From assembly GCA_964019335.1 (NCBI GenBank), contig OZ025718.1, positions 428,323-492,322 of the forward strand: a stretch of 64,000 nt of DNA, read 5' to 3'. Made by a program: the position numbers and the translations under genes. Shown piece by piece: positions 33,889 through 45,968 of this stretch. The DNA is from Diplonema japonicum (lineage: Eukaryota; Protista; Euglenozoa: Diplonemea). Numbering within the stretch: position 1 is the first letter of the stretch; every line of letters begins with the position of its first letter. The notes beneath the pieces were generated by a model. It did no database searches. It was not told the DNA's origin and was given only the letters and a program-made list of their open reading frames with translations.

Positions 33889-34201
33889 TTTTCCTTTTTT
33901 ATTTTTGTGCTGTAGCGCTGCGTGATGTAAGTTACGAAGCCTGCCAAAGAAAACGCTTTAAAAGTGGTTTAAACCTCAACACGGCCCAACAAGAGAGAGG
34001 AGCAAGGAAACTAAGGACAATGTGCCTTAAAGAAGCAACAGTTTTCTAGATGTCTTCTCACAGGCAGACTTCTCTAAGGCACAGCTCTCTCATGTTTTAC
34101 ACCCGAAACGTGTCCATTTCATTTTTTTTTCTTTTGAACCATCCCCTACCCCAAATAAACCCATAACCTTTCAACACTAGGAAGGAGGCTGTCGGTTCGT
34201 G

Positions 34202-36667
34202 TTAACGGGTGCCCGTGCGCCCTTTTGTTTTTTGCGACGAGAACGTCTTCACACCAGCAGGGCCCGCGGCGGCGGGTGCTGGTGTTGTGGAGGTGGCTGA
34301 AGCAGTACGCGGGAACCCTTCAGGCTGTGGTGTAGTGTTGTGTGGTGTGTTGTATTGTGTTAATACCAAGGTAGACCCCCGGCCACGGCCCTTAGCAGCC
34401 AAGAACACTGGTTGTGGCTTGGGTGGGTTAGATTCAAGCTTGCTGATCAGCGCTGCGAAGGTGAGGTGGTCGTTCTGGATGTCTGTTGACATTTCCATGA
34501 TTGTGGTGGCGTGTTCCTCGATGGCTCTCACTTGGTCGGACTTCTTCATCTTCGCTTCCTCCTTCGACTTCCCGTACTCCAGGGCAGCGGAGTTGGCAGA
34601 TGCATCCACGTACTTATAGTCGTCCCCTAACTCTGCTAGCGGTTCTCCAATCCTCTTCTCAATCTCTTTCAAATACATTGGCTCATTGTACCATATGCAG
34701 CAACCACCTTCTTCAACCAGCCTCGTGTCTTGGCACGGTGCCCCTTGGCGCATACCTCGATTGCAGTTCGAGTGGTACCACACCTTCTCACGATGCTTTG
34801 AGACAGCAATAGTGACTGCCAGCCCCATACGCTCCGATCTGCCTGTCCTACCGATCCTGTGGATGTAGTCCTCTGACTTATCGGGCAGGCACATGTTCAC
34901 AACGAAGGGCAGCTGCTTGATGTCGATGCCCCTCGCCGCCACATCAGTACATATAAGGAACCTCACTTCTCCTTCTTTGAACATGTCCAGGTTGTCCCTC
35001 CTAGTTCTGGTGTCGAAGCCACTGTGGAAAGCGATATTGGAGTAAGGGTTTTCTTTCCCTTTCTCCACTCTGCCCGTGAACCCCTTCTTCCCCCCTTTTT
35101 CATTGAGGTAGGTGCTCAGGTGGTCGCAGTCATCCCTCGTCCTGCAGAAGATCAGACACTGCTCCATTTTATAGGCGTCTATCACTTTCATTAGAATTTC
35201 GGGTTTCAAAAGTTTTGCGTTGTAAGAGTGTTTGCAGCACATTCTGTTGGCAGGGTCAGGGCCGGTGTCGTCCTTGTCCTCTCTGCCGGAGACCACGTGG
35301 ACACCGTCTGTCTGGATGGTGCCCTGTCTCCACCTGTCGTCGTCGTCGGGGTCGGCGTACACGACAGCATGGTGCACTGTATCTGGAACGAAGTCTTTCC
35401 CTTTGAGATCAACCCACGACGCGTTAGGACACAGCTGCGCAGCAAGTGTTTTGATATTGTCATCGTGAAGCGTTGCACTAAACATGCACAGCTGCAGCTT
35501 GTGCTTGTTCGCTTTTCTGGTGTCTGTGTAAAGCCTTTTAATAAGCTCTGTATCCTCCATCAGCCTGTCGGCCTCATCAAGGACAATGAAGTCGCAGTCC
35601 GCCAAACTGAAGACTTCCGGCATGTCAAGGAACTGCTTCACTCTTGCAGGCGTGCCCACCACGATGTCGATGCCCTCTCGCAGCTGGTCGCAGATCTCTT
35701 GTGTCGATCGCTTCCCAAAGATGGGGCACACCTTGATCTTGGGTGCGCTGATGTACTTCACAAACTTGTGCAGCTCGTCAACAATCTGTTGGCACAGTTC
35801 CAGCGTGGGCTCCAAGATTATGCATGATGTCCCGTACCTTTCCCCCTTCTTTTCCTTCGCACGCTTTCTTATGAAAGATGCATACAGTTTCTCTTGTTCT
35901 GCACCCTTCGCCTCCTCTATCCATAAGTATCCTTCAGGGAGCACTGTTGTTGTGTTGCGAAGACCGAAGTCAAGCGCGAAGGTCCCACTCTGTGCCGAGA
36001 CGCAAGGGAACAAGGCCATCGGGTCCTGTTTGTCAGGAATGGTAAAGGCGTTCCCCTGGTCTTTACCGTTCTTCAAAAAGGAAATGGTGCGAGCGTCTCT
36101 GTCACACAAGCAGGTGACCACGTCCCCCGCAGAATAGGAATCGCCGTACGGAGCTTCGTAATTGTTGTTATGCTTCTTCCCTGTGGCGGAGTACCCATAG
36201 CCGCCCTTGTCCTTTCCCAGCTCGAGACTAGCATCTGCAAGCGCCCACCCGAAACGGACAGCGGTGCCACTGGTCAGGTTGACGTTGAAGGCCCACTTCC
36301 CCTTGGTGATGCCATACGTGGAACGCGAGCCGCCCCATGTCTTCATGTTCCGTATGACACACCCAAGCCCGTTCTCTGCGATGCGCAAGTCTTGGTAATC
36401 TTCCTTGTTTAATGAACAATGCTTAAGTAGTGCCTGGATCTTCTTTGTGTCTACACTCTTGTTCAGCTTCTCAAATATCAGCTGTATAATGGGCAGGCAG
36501 AACGCTCCTGTCTTGCCAGCACCTGTTTCTGCTGCGCACATAGCATCCACACCGCCCAGAATGTGTGGGATGCAATCCTGCTGTACAGGTTTGGGCAGGT
36601 ACCATTCCATGTCTTCCAAGGCCATCCCCAGCTGTTCCATCAGCCCCAGTTCTTCAAACGCCGCCAT
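34202..36667 (-). CDS. DDX1: DEAD-box RNA helicase DDX1 with SPRY insertion; probable in-frame intron 34325-34366
   Basis: MAAFEELG, AETGAGKTGAF, SPRY region (RFGWA...LGKDKGGYGY), DEAD, WVDLKG, RFLICTDVAARGID, GLAV...EKVWYH and GGCCIWYNE. Confidence 0.93.
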   Translation of the reverse strand: MAAFEELGLMEQLGMALEDMEWYLPKPVQQDCIPHILGGVDAMCAAETGAGKTGAFCLPIIQLIFEKLNKSVDTKKIQALLKHCSLNKEDYQDLRIAENGLGCVIRNMKTWGGSRSTYGITKGKWAFNVNLTSGTAVRFGWALADASLELGKDKGGYGYSATGKKHNNNYEAPYGDSYSAGDVVTCLCDRDARTISFLKNGKDQGNAFTIPDKQDPMALFPCVSAQSGTFALDFGLRNTTTVLPEGYLWIEEAKGAEQEKLYASFIRKRAKEKKGERYGTSCIILEPTLELCQQIVDELHKFVKYISAPKIKVCPIFGKRSTQEICDQLREGIDIVVGTPARVKQFLDMPEVFSLADCDFIVLDEADRLMEDTELIKRLYTDTRKANKHKLQLCMFSATLHDDNIKTLAAQLCPNASWVDLKGKDFVPDTVHHAVVYADPDDDDRWRQGTIQTDGVHVVSGREDKDDTGPDPANRMCCKHSYNAKLLKPEILMKVIDAYKMEQCLIFCRTRDDCDHLSTYLNEKGGKKGFTGRVEKGKENPYSNIAFHSGFDTRTRRDNLDMFKEGEVRFLICTDVAARGIDIKQLPFVVNMCLPDKSEDYIHRIGRTGRSERMGLAVTIAVSKHREKVWYHSNCNRGMRQGAPCQDTRLVEEGGCCIWYNEPMYLKEIEKRIGEPLAELGDDYKYVDASANSAALEYGKSKEEAKMKKSDQVRAIEEHATTIMEMSTDIQNDHLTFAALISKLESNPPKPQPVFLAAKGRGRGSTLVLTQYNTPHNTTPQPEGFPRTASATSTTPAPAAAGPAGVKTFSSQKTKGRTGTR

Positions 36668-36723
36668 GGTTCGTGTTGTCCCTGCTGTGAGGTGATGGAT
36701 GGGTATGTGCTAAACTAAAATGT

Positions 36724-38538
36724 CTATTTCCAACCAATATTCCCACCTGGAAACTGCACGGGATGCAATCCGTAGATTTCACTCAATGCATGCAAGTAGT
36801 AGCCTGTTGCAGCGAGAAGGCATGAAAGAAGAAAGAGGATTGAGGCGGCCCAAAAATGAGGACGGGCCAACAGACAACCCGTTAGAGAGCAAAGAGGCAC
36901 CATGTACACGATACCAAACAGAATGAAGTAGGCAGATACTCTTCTATAATAATAGATAGCGACCAGCGAGTGGATAGCGAAAAGGAAGGAGAAGTGGAAA
37001 GCTAGTCCGTCCGAAGGTGTATGCGGCAGTGCCACAGGTAAGCTTGGCTCTGATGTGTAGAAAGGAACAATGAAGATGAGCAGTGTTACCACCACCAAGA
37101 CACACACCACGCAGAAAGAAGCGCGCCACTGCAGTTTCATGAAGTCGCCTGTAAACGGCTCTTCTTCAAGTTCTTCTTCGCCAGCAAGCTCTTCTTCCTC
37201 GACTGCATCAAAGGGTTCGAAGCGCAGGTGGTCAAAGGAGAAGCATGGAAGATTTATCTTAACCACCACCAATAGGACACTTGCCATGCACAACCCGCGA
37301 AGGCAGCTGCAGACAGTTACAACTTTACTTTCACTATCGTGGCGCCAAACAGCAGCAACAAAGCCGGCACAAGCGGTTAGAGAGTAGAAGACGCTCAGCA
37401 CAACATGGAAGCCCACCCTCTTGAGTCTTTCCTCCGGTGCTCTCCCAGTATGACGTAATTTCGAGTTGTTGAGCAACTGAACACCTAAAAGCACAGCACC
37501 GTGTGCTCCAGACACCCCCGATGCGGTGGCCACCATTAGCAAGTTGCTACTTGAATGCATTGCGACCATGATGATGCCTTCAGCGAACCACACCAAAGCA
37601 TGCAACACACAGAAAGTGTTCACAAGAAAAAATGCAACCTTAGTGAGGCGCTCGCCAGCAGGAATTACAACATTCTCGTGGAGGTACCTGCCTTGGCTGC
37701 TGCAGGTGTTGCTGAGCTTATGCATAAAGAAAACGGACACAATACGAGTCATAATGCAGAGAGTTAGAGACGCAACCTTTGCACCGTATGTACTGTGCAC
37801 TAGCATGTGGATGCAAGTGCCTATCATAGAGACAGAAGACACAAAGCTCATTAAGATATATGCATTGCATGCATGCTGTAGGCGTTTCACTACAGCAAAT
37901 AACCCGATTGTAATAAGGACAGCTTGGTGTCCTGCCGTGCCGATACTTTCGTTCTGGCTGACCACCCATTGCAGCCAGTTAAAATCAGAGCCACCAGATT
38001 CATCGCACAGCACTGCTACGAGGAATAGCAGGTCGGTGACATAGACACAGCAAACCGCGAAATAAGGTGTGCGTGCTTCGTGCTCAGAAGGTGTGATGGG
38101 AAGAGCGTCGTCACTGTCAGTTGTGGTTACCATGCGGTATCGAAAGAAGCAGAGCAGAAGAGCAGTATTTGCGGCGACTTGAACACAGAAGTATGCATTC
38201 AACCCGAATGGAACCCCACCTTTGATTGCACCAAGTGCCGCTGTGCCCGCAACAGCGACGTTAGTGTTGATTAGATACACGCAGGCCGTGATGAACCACA
38301 CCCTGTTTCTGTCGACAGCATACAACCCAGTCACGCCTAGCACCAGCAGTGCATGGAACGTGAGACGCAGCGCCTCCTGATCAACTGCTAGCATGTTAGA
38401 ACCACCACCCACTAGCATCAGGAAGACGTTAAACATATAAATGCATGACACAACCCCTGCCGTGACGAGTAGGTTTTTCTTTCTGAGCCGTTGCTTGGCA
38501 TCCAGTGGCATCGCCCGTTCTACTTTTAAAAATACCAT
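36724..38538 (-). CDS. Hypothetical multipass membrane protein
   Basis: 604-aa ORF with many hydrophobic segments. Confidence 0.75.
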   Translation of the reverse strand: MVFLKVERAMPLDAKQRLRKKNLLVTAGVVSCIYMFNVFLMLVGGGSNMLAVDQEALRLTFHALLVLGVTGLYAVDRNRVWFITACVYLINTNVAVAGTAALGAIKGGVPFGLNAYFCVQVAANTALLLCFFRYRMVTTTDSDDALPITPSEHEARTPYFAVCCVYVTDLLFLVAVLCDESGGSDFNWLQWVVSQNESIGTAGHQAVLITIGLFAVVKRLQHACNAYILMSFVSSVSMIGTCIHMLVHSTYGAKVASLTLCIMTRIVSVFFMHKLSNTCSSQGRYLHENVVIPAGERLTKVAFFLVNTFCVLHALVWFAEGIIMVAMHSSSNLLMVATASGVSGAHGAVLLGVQLLNNSKLRHTGRAPEERLKRVGFHVVLSVFYSLTACAGFVAAVWRHDSESKVVTVCSCLRGLCMASVLLVVVKINLPCFSFDHLRFEPFDAVEEEELAGEEELEEEPFTGDFMKLQWRASFCVVCVLVVVTLLIFIVPFYTSEPSLPVALPHTPSDGLAFHFSFLFAIHSLVAIYYYRRVSAYFILFGIVYMVPLCSLTGCLLARPHFWAASILFLLSCLLAATGYYLHALSEIYGLHPVQFPGGNIGWK

Positions 38539-38663
38539 TTGACAAAGGCCCCCCCCTGTAGGGATTCCGGAGCAGGATTTTTACAGCTAGTAATGACACG
38601 TGGGTTATGAAAGAGAAAGAACGTACCAAAACATGGAGAATTATCAAGTTCTGGGCTAGAAAG

Positions 38664-39290
38664 CTATTTGTACCAGTAAATGAGGAGCATCAGAAAAAGG
38701 ATGACGAACATGCCACAGTAGACAATCATCTTGTCTGTGCGCTCAGTACGCGTGATCGTGGTGATAATGGACCCGGACAAGTTCATGGAGGCAAGGTATG
38801 AACCCATCCTGGAGGACATGGACTCAATCTGCGAGGTCTGGCTACGCAAGGCGTTCAGGACGGCAGTGCCTTCAGACATGATGTTCGTGATGTTCTTCTT
38901 TGTCTTTCCAAGGCTGTCTGCTTCATCGTTCAGCAGGGTTGTCGATGTGTGGTCCTCCTCCTCATAGCCCGCCATGAGTTGCTGCCTCTGTCTGCTAGCA
39001 ATCTTTCTCTTGTGGACCCCCGTGATGTACTTGTCCAGCCCGTGGCTGATGAACTCATGTTCATCACACAGCGCTTTGATTCTCCTCTTCATGACTTCTC
39101 TCTTCCCACTCTGTTCCACCTCAGCCATCGCCTTCAGCTCCTGCAGTGACCTTGCCACACTGTTCACCACACCACTTATCTTACCTTGCATCTCATGCGA
39201 CTCATCACGCCCCATCTCCAGGTCATCTAAAAGAGCATTAGCCTGGTATACCTGCTTCTTCGCAGCAAGGAACTTGTCATTCAAACTCAT
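38664..39290 (-). CDS. Golgi Qb-SNARE, membrin/Bos1/GOSR2-like
   Basis: Helical N-terminus, SNARE heptads (EADSL...GTAVLNALRSQ...LSGSIITTITRTERTDK) and a C-terminal TM anchor. Confidence 0.82.
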   Translation of the reverse strand: MSLNDKFLAAKKQVYQANALLDDLEMGRDESHEMQGKISGVVNSVARSLQELKAMAEVEQSGKREVMKRRIKALCDEHEFISHGLDKYITGVHKRKIASRQRQQLMAGYEEEDHTSTTLLNDEADSLGKTKKNITNIMSEGTAVLNALRSQTSQIESMSSRMGSYLASMNLSGSIITTITRTERTDKMIVYCGMFVILFLMLLIYWYK

Positions 39291-39454
39291 CTTAACCGGC
39301 TGAGATTGGTATGGATTCTTTTTATAACAAAAGGGGGGGGGGGGGAGAGAAAATGTCTATACTATTGTTGGCCTACCCCCCAAAAAATAGGCAGTATCTA
39401 AGATCTATGGCAAAAAAAAAAAAAAAAAAACTAATAGGCAAGTGGTCATAGAAA

Positions 39455-42400
39455 CTAGTCAAATTCGTTGGCACTCTTTTTAATATCAATGATCCGCGAC
39501 TTGGAGCTGTGATGTGTTGCATGTTGTTGTTGGTGTTTACCTGACAGTCACTCCATTGTTGTCGTTGATCCACAAACAGAAGTGCAACGTCTGTGGGTCT
39601 GTCCTATTCAAAGTGATTGTGAAGACTGTCTTAGCAGAAGGCTCTAGGTGAATTGTACGGGGCTGCACTATGAAGTGCTTGTGGGGGTTGTAGTAAGCAG
39701 AGAAGGTCATTGGTGTGTGGAAAGTATTTGTAAACTGAACTGTCCATCTGTACGGATCGCTACTGGCAGTCACGTGGATGGCCTCAGGTATCTCATATGG
39801 ATTTGCTCCCTGTGGCATGCCTTGCACGATAAGTGTGTAGGGTTCATATAGGACGGAAGGTGTCACTCCATCATCCAGAATGGCATTTGCCCGGACGCGA
39901 ACCAGCTGGTCGGTGACAGGGCGCACTTTTAGCCCAAAGCCCATGGAGGTGTACGAGGTTGACACAGCTTCGCACATCCAATCACCCCCTCCCGCCTCTT
40001 TCCCAAGCCTCCCAGACCCTATACCTATCTTCATCTTCTGCAGCTTAGCTTGGTCGCCGCCACTTGACAGTGGGATGAAGAGCGTGGACGTCCCTCCAGT
40101 TGGCTTCCTCCCTACACTGACCATTGTGCAGCATTTGAAAACAATTTTCCACACCTCGCTTGGTACCATGCATTCTTGTGGGTAGAACAACACATGCACC
40201 ACGTGCTCACCTTCTTCAGGGAACCTGGTTTTGATCTGCAGTGTTTCTCCCGGGACCCGAAACCCGTGCGTTGTGTTCTGCCACTCTACAAATGATGTGG
40301 CTTCGTACCCATCTGCAGTGATTCGGACTTTCTTCAGCTTTCGTCGATGATTGCCCTGTCCTCTTTTGTACCACTGGATGTTGTCCTCAGACTCAGCAAT
40401 CCCAACACGCAGCCACCTGCAGCACTCTTCATGTTTAGCGCCATACAACGTAATGGTCCTATCAATTCCAAATGGGCGAGGCTGGATCTTGATCTGGAAG
40501 ATCATCCTCGGCACGCCCTCTTGGTCGCGGATATAAACGGGCACTGTGCGGGGCTTAATGCCAGGCCTGCCTTGGATGCCATCGCACAGCGACAGGAACT
40601 GCAAAGGGACCCTTAGGGTGTCATTGGCGTCAACGGGGATTTTGCTGTCTGTAAAGATTTTCCCTCTGCCGTCAGGCAACATCTGCGGTGGGGGTGGGTA
40701 GCCATAAGTGCTGCACATTTCTTTCCACACGGTGTGACTGTGCACGAAACCGAGCTCCGTTGTCTCAGGGTCATCGATGTCTCCCACAAACACGTACCCA
40801 ACACCGAAGGGGTTAACAACAGGGAGCTCGATAAGGGCGGCAGCGCCCATCATTACATCCACCTCTATCACATGAGTAAGGGAACCGTGCAGCTGCGCAT
40901 GGAGCATTTCTTGCTTTCGCTTTCCCCTACTCCTTCCGATGATCTTCAGGCGTTCTTCCAGGTCGTAATAGTCGGCTTTGTGGACCGTTTTCTTGTTCGA
41001 CACCACCACGGGGTTGGTGGTCGCGTGCTCTTTCAACAGTTGGTCCTTTGCATAATCCGCACGTGCTCTTCGGAGTGCCATAATTTCGGACTCATTCATC
41101 ATCTTCCTGTCGGCTTCGTCCAGGACGCCTCGGTGAATCACTATGCGGAATGAGCGCGGTGGTTTAACTTCGGAACGTGTGATAATGCACCCATAGCCCC
41201 GTCCCTTCACGTCACCATCAAGCAGAGAGCATATCACCCAGCACCCTGCCACCTGGTCCATAGCCCTGATCACAGCCTGTAGGTGAGTATTGCAATCGTC
41301 GCATGACGCAAGGGGCCACCCTGCCTTAAGCGCCGTGTCCGTACTCTCGCACTTGAAGTGAAATAATTCTTGCTTCTCAGCGTTTCTTGACCCAACCGGG
41401 GGGTTCACTGTCGGCTTTTTAATAGGTTCATCATCCAGTTTCTCTTCTTCTACTTTATGTAAGTCAATCACATCTTCCATCTTCTTTGCATAGACCTTGT
41501 GTCGTTTCCTTTTCTTTGGCATGTCAATTTCTTGCGGGGTGCCTTGCCCCGCCAGCCCCTGGTTAATAACTTGATAAACGAGGACGCCTTTCTGCTGTGG
41601 GTATTGCGTGTAGACTGGAACGTCTGAGGAAGGGAGCTCTTGGTCAAAGTTACTTCCCACAGCATCAAGCACAACAAGCTCCCCTATGTGGCTAGATACT
41701 GGTGTCTCTGGTTCTCTGTGCAGTTGGAATAGTGGCAGCTCAGTAGTGCCCCACAAGAAGTGAGTCTCAGCATCCCATATATCAATATGCAGGCGCCCAT
41801 CACGGAGGTATGAGGCTAAGTGTTTGGCGAGTTGGTTGCTCATCTTCGACAGTTTAACCTCAAACTCTATCGTCACCCCTTCGCTTTTTTGGCTGCGCAG
41901 TATGTTGATCGCCTTCCCGGTGCTACTTTTGAAGTCGGGTGACGAATTCTTTGTAGCAACAGGTGAACGCAAGGAACCCACTTCCCTAAAATCACAGGTG
42001 AAAAACAATTGCCTCGGGCAGTCAGAACACGGTTTTGCAATGGCCTGAAACTCCAACGTCACGTTGCTGTCGATAAGGCGGCTGCCGTCAGGGCTCACAC
42101 TTGGTACTTTTGTGAAGTTTTGCGTCCTGAGCATCTTGTAATCGTCTTGCTGCAGTGAGACAGAATGCTCTGCAAGTAGCACTTCTGGCTCGACCGCTAT
42201 AACTTGGACTTCCCTCGCCAAAGGTGGGTACTCTTGCTCTCTGTGCCTTGGGATCGAATAATTGCATCTGTTTCCACAACTACCGTTACAGTACGATTTG
42301 TGCCTGTATGTTCCCTTGACACGTGGTTCCTTGTACTGAGGAATGGGTTCAAAATCCTCTGAAACCTCACTAGGTGCAATGTGTTTATTGTCATTCAGAT

Positions 42401-45400
42401 GCTTAATTGTTGGTGTGGGTGTTGGGGTATGTACAGGGACTGTAGGAGAATGTCGGACATCGTGAGGACGCGGGTGCTTAGCTTTCGGCTGACGTGGTAG
42501 GCCCGTAACAGTAGCCATGTATTCAAGGAGCATGTGAGACTGCAAAACATCTGCATCAGCAAGCTTACTCTTCACCTTGTCGGTGACAACCAACCCGTTG
42601 GTGGAGGTGAAGGGCCCCTTCAGAGCATTACTTTTGATGATCTCCTTTGTGGCGACAGTGTCGGCACCAAACGGAGACGGGAGATGGAGATGCCACCCTA
42701 AAGCTACGGTAGTGCGTACTTTGCCATTTTGCAAAGTGCCAACCACATGCATCACAACACCTGTCCTGGGGTGTAAAGGGAGCTGAAATGTTGCCTGTTT
42801 CTCGGTTGCGTACTTCTTCTCCTTTTTTCTGCCGTACCGCGCGTCGAGCTGCAAGGGACACACAAGTACATCAGTGAGACAGGCAGCTGTATTGTGTCCG
42901 AAGACTTCCAGTCTTAAGTTTTCGCAGGTCACATCCGAAGTGTTCCACTCCGCCATGTACTTGCCGCACACGTCACCCAGCATGTCATCAGGCAGAACAA
43001 CGGTGACGTCACTAACTATGAACTTGAACTTCGGACAGTCACTGGTGAGCTTGTCATTGATATTCACAAGCCCTGCAACGGGTGACTTGTACCTGTCGAC
43101 CAACAACGGAGCTAGGCGTTTGTGCACAGCGGCACTTTTATAGGCCTCAACTGTAAGGGAAATTGATTGAGGTGGTGATATTTCTTTTATGTAGCTCTTC
43201 CACATGGAGGGTGCTCCTACCAGAGTAACATCTGGCGACCCTTGATAGAGATTCAGGTGGTGCGTTCCTTGCGTTAATAGAAAGTAAGACCATCCAGCTA
43301 CCACACCAAACTGTGTACCCACTCGGGGTAAACTGATGCTGATAGCAATTACAACACGGCCTGTTGGTGCACACAAGAGCAACTCTTGCAAAGTATCCAA
43401 ACGCATTCTCTTCACATTCCCTCCAAGTGGCTTTTTCTCGTTAATGCTGACCATCCGTATGTTCAGCAAGCCGCCAGAAGGCATGCTCTTCAGAGCCATT
43501 TCCTTGAATCTCAGCCTATAGTAATCATGCGTCTCACTTGGTTTCGGGCTTTTTTCCGCGACAGTGCATGCTTCGGTGAATACGGCCCACCATTTTGACA
43601 CAAGCTTGAAAGGTGCCCTTCTCCGCACAGTATGGTGTTCCCTTGGTCGCAAGGGTGAAACCGGCGACTTAATCGTTGCAAGCATCTCTGCCCCACCAGC
43701 ACGAAAGGTGGGTGCATACTGGTGCGATCGCACCTCTATCGGGTCACTATCACTAGTTGCTGAGGAGGCCGACTCGGAATGGATAGGTGGTGACTTACGT
43801 TCGGCTGTCTGCCTCACGTGCTCAGGTGTGCCAGGCTCCTCTTTTCTCAGCTCTTTCTTCAGAGCTTCGTGCTCTTTATGCTTCTTGTCTACATGACGGG
43901 GCTCATCTTTAGTTGAGGTGTCCTTGGATATAGGTTTGACCCCAGGTGATTGACCTTTTTTGATGTCGAGTTGCGCGGTTGAAGGCTCGTTGTTTGTGGA
44001 CTCGTCCCCAGAAGGTGTACCTAGCATTACTTGAACGGGCTTACTGTCAGTAGGACTCTTGCGGCTTTCAAGAGTACTCTTTTCCGCTGACCGTGAAGGT
44101 CCATGCACTTCGGTGGCGGTTGGCTCACGTTTCTCAGAGGGGTCGCGCTGCGCAGAAGCTGTGTGCTCACGTTGTGAAGAAGCCGATTCACGTTGCTCGG
44201 AGGCAACTGGGTCGCGCTGCTCGGCAGCAGTAGATCGTTGTTCGGTGGTTTCCTTTTTCTGGTCTGTTATTGGCTTGATATCAGCATCAATCCCTTTGGG
44301 CTTTGGTGATCTTGTAGGCTCAGCTCTTACCTCTTTTACTTCGTCATCTCTGTTCCTGAAAGGCTCTCCAACGTGGTCGGGCTTGTCAGTCGGTGACTCC
44401 ACCTGATTCTGCTTGGTTGTGGGTGCAGACGATGAGAGGGGTTCAGAATCAAAGTCTGATTTGGTTAATTTGTTTTCGGTTGAGCTACGAGTTTCAGATG
44501 TTCCAGTTGTACTTGACGCGGTTGAACTACTACCGGAAGTGCTGCTCACAGTGGAGCTGCTCGTCCCAGAGCTTATTCTCGAACTAGTACCTGTGGAACC
44601 ACTTCCTGTACTTGATCCTGTACTTGTGTGTGTGCTGGAGCTGTACCCAGATCTCGACCCTGTTGCCGAGCTCTTGCTGCTAGACCAGGTGCCTGTTGCT
44701 GAATTCGTAGTTGAAGACTCCGAACCCGTGCCCGATGTATCCGTCCCCGTTTCTGTTCCTGTACTACCTGATCCCGTGCTGCTTGTCTCCGTGCTACCTG
44801 AGCTTATTGTACCTGTTGTACTTGTACCGGTTCTCGACGACCTTGTCCTTGACGCACTTGTCACAGTACCTGAAGTACTAGTGTATGTGCCTGTTCCTGA
44901 GGTACTTGTGCCTGTCCGCGATGTGCTTGTTCGTGAGGTACTTGTGCCCGTTCTCGATGTGCCTGTTCTTGATACACTTGTCGAGGTTCCCGTGCCTGTT
45001 TGTGACGTATCCATGCCCGTACCTGTCCGTGAGGTACCCGTTCTCGATGTGCTGGTGCCCGTTCTTGATGCACTTGTCTCTGTATTTGTATCTGTCCTCG
45101 AAGTACCAGTTCCTGATGTACCACTTTGTGATGTGCTTGTGCCTGTGCGTGTTTCGGTTCCAGATGTTCCAGTACCAGTTCTTGATGACTCAGTTCCTGT
45201 TCCGGTTGTTGTTCTTGATGTTCCCGTGTGTGTGGCAGAGGTTCGTGTTCTGGATGATGTTCCTGTCTCAGTTCCTGTGCCTGTTTCCGTTCCAGTTCTA
45301 CTTCCAGAAGATCTGCTCACCTCTGTGGCGGTTCCAGTGCTTGTGTCTGAACCAGTACTTTCGCTTCTGGTCGTGGAATTGCTTGTACGCGTGCTACTCC

Positions 45401-45614
45401 GACTGCTTCCTGTCTCCGTCCGACTGCTTCCTGTCTCCGTCCGACTGCTGCCTGTCCCCGTCTGACTGCTGCCTGTACGACTGCTTGTCCCCGTCCGACT
45501 GCTGTCTGTACTTCCATTACTAGTGCTGCTCCCTGTCCTGCTTCCAGTCCGACTTGAGACTTCGGACTCTGTCCCAGAACCCGTTGTTTCGGAAGCAGAA
45601 CTGCGGGAGCTCAT
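39455..45614 (-). CDS. NPHP4: Nephrocystin-4-like ciliary transition-zone protein with S/T/G-rich N-terminus; intron 39507-39540
   Basis: LNLYQGSP, HIDIWDAET..LWG, ELPVVNPF, IQPRPFGIDRTITLY, PSEVWKI, VQFTNTF and LWINDNNG occur in the order of NPHP4 C2/ASH-domain motifs. The last exon ends at a stop at 39455. Confidence 0.7.
44410..45610 (-). repeat. Low-complexity coding repeat (SRTGT-type units)
   Basis: Repeated SRTGTS/SRTETGS peptides over ~390 codons. Confidence 0.85.
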
Positions 45615-45968
45615 AAGAACATCCTGTTGTATGATGTGATTTGATGAAGTAGAATAGGTAAAATAAATAACAGGTGGTCAACTTTCACCGAATTTGCCAT
45701 TTGTCTACCAAGGCACGGTTCGTGAGATGTACGACTGAACACAGCGTACCTGCAAGAAACGTTGATGGCCAGGTGCATGCCGTCACCAGGAAGTCCATAT
45801 GCACAACGTGACTAAGAAAATGAGTCAAACACACCTATAAGTATTTGCATGGTGTTGCTGAGATACAACACCACCTACACTAGCATCTGTTCACACACAA
45901 AGTCGTTGGTGGGGTTCAGCTTCCCGCTTTGGTTGGCTAGAAGTGAGGGGAGGGGCATGCAAAGCGGC

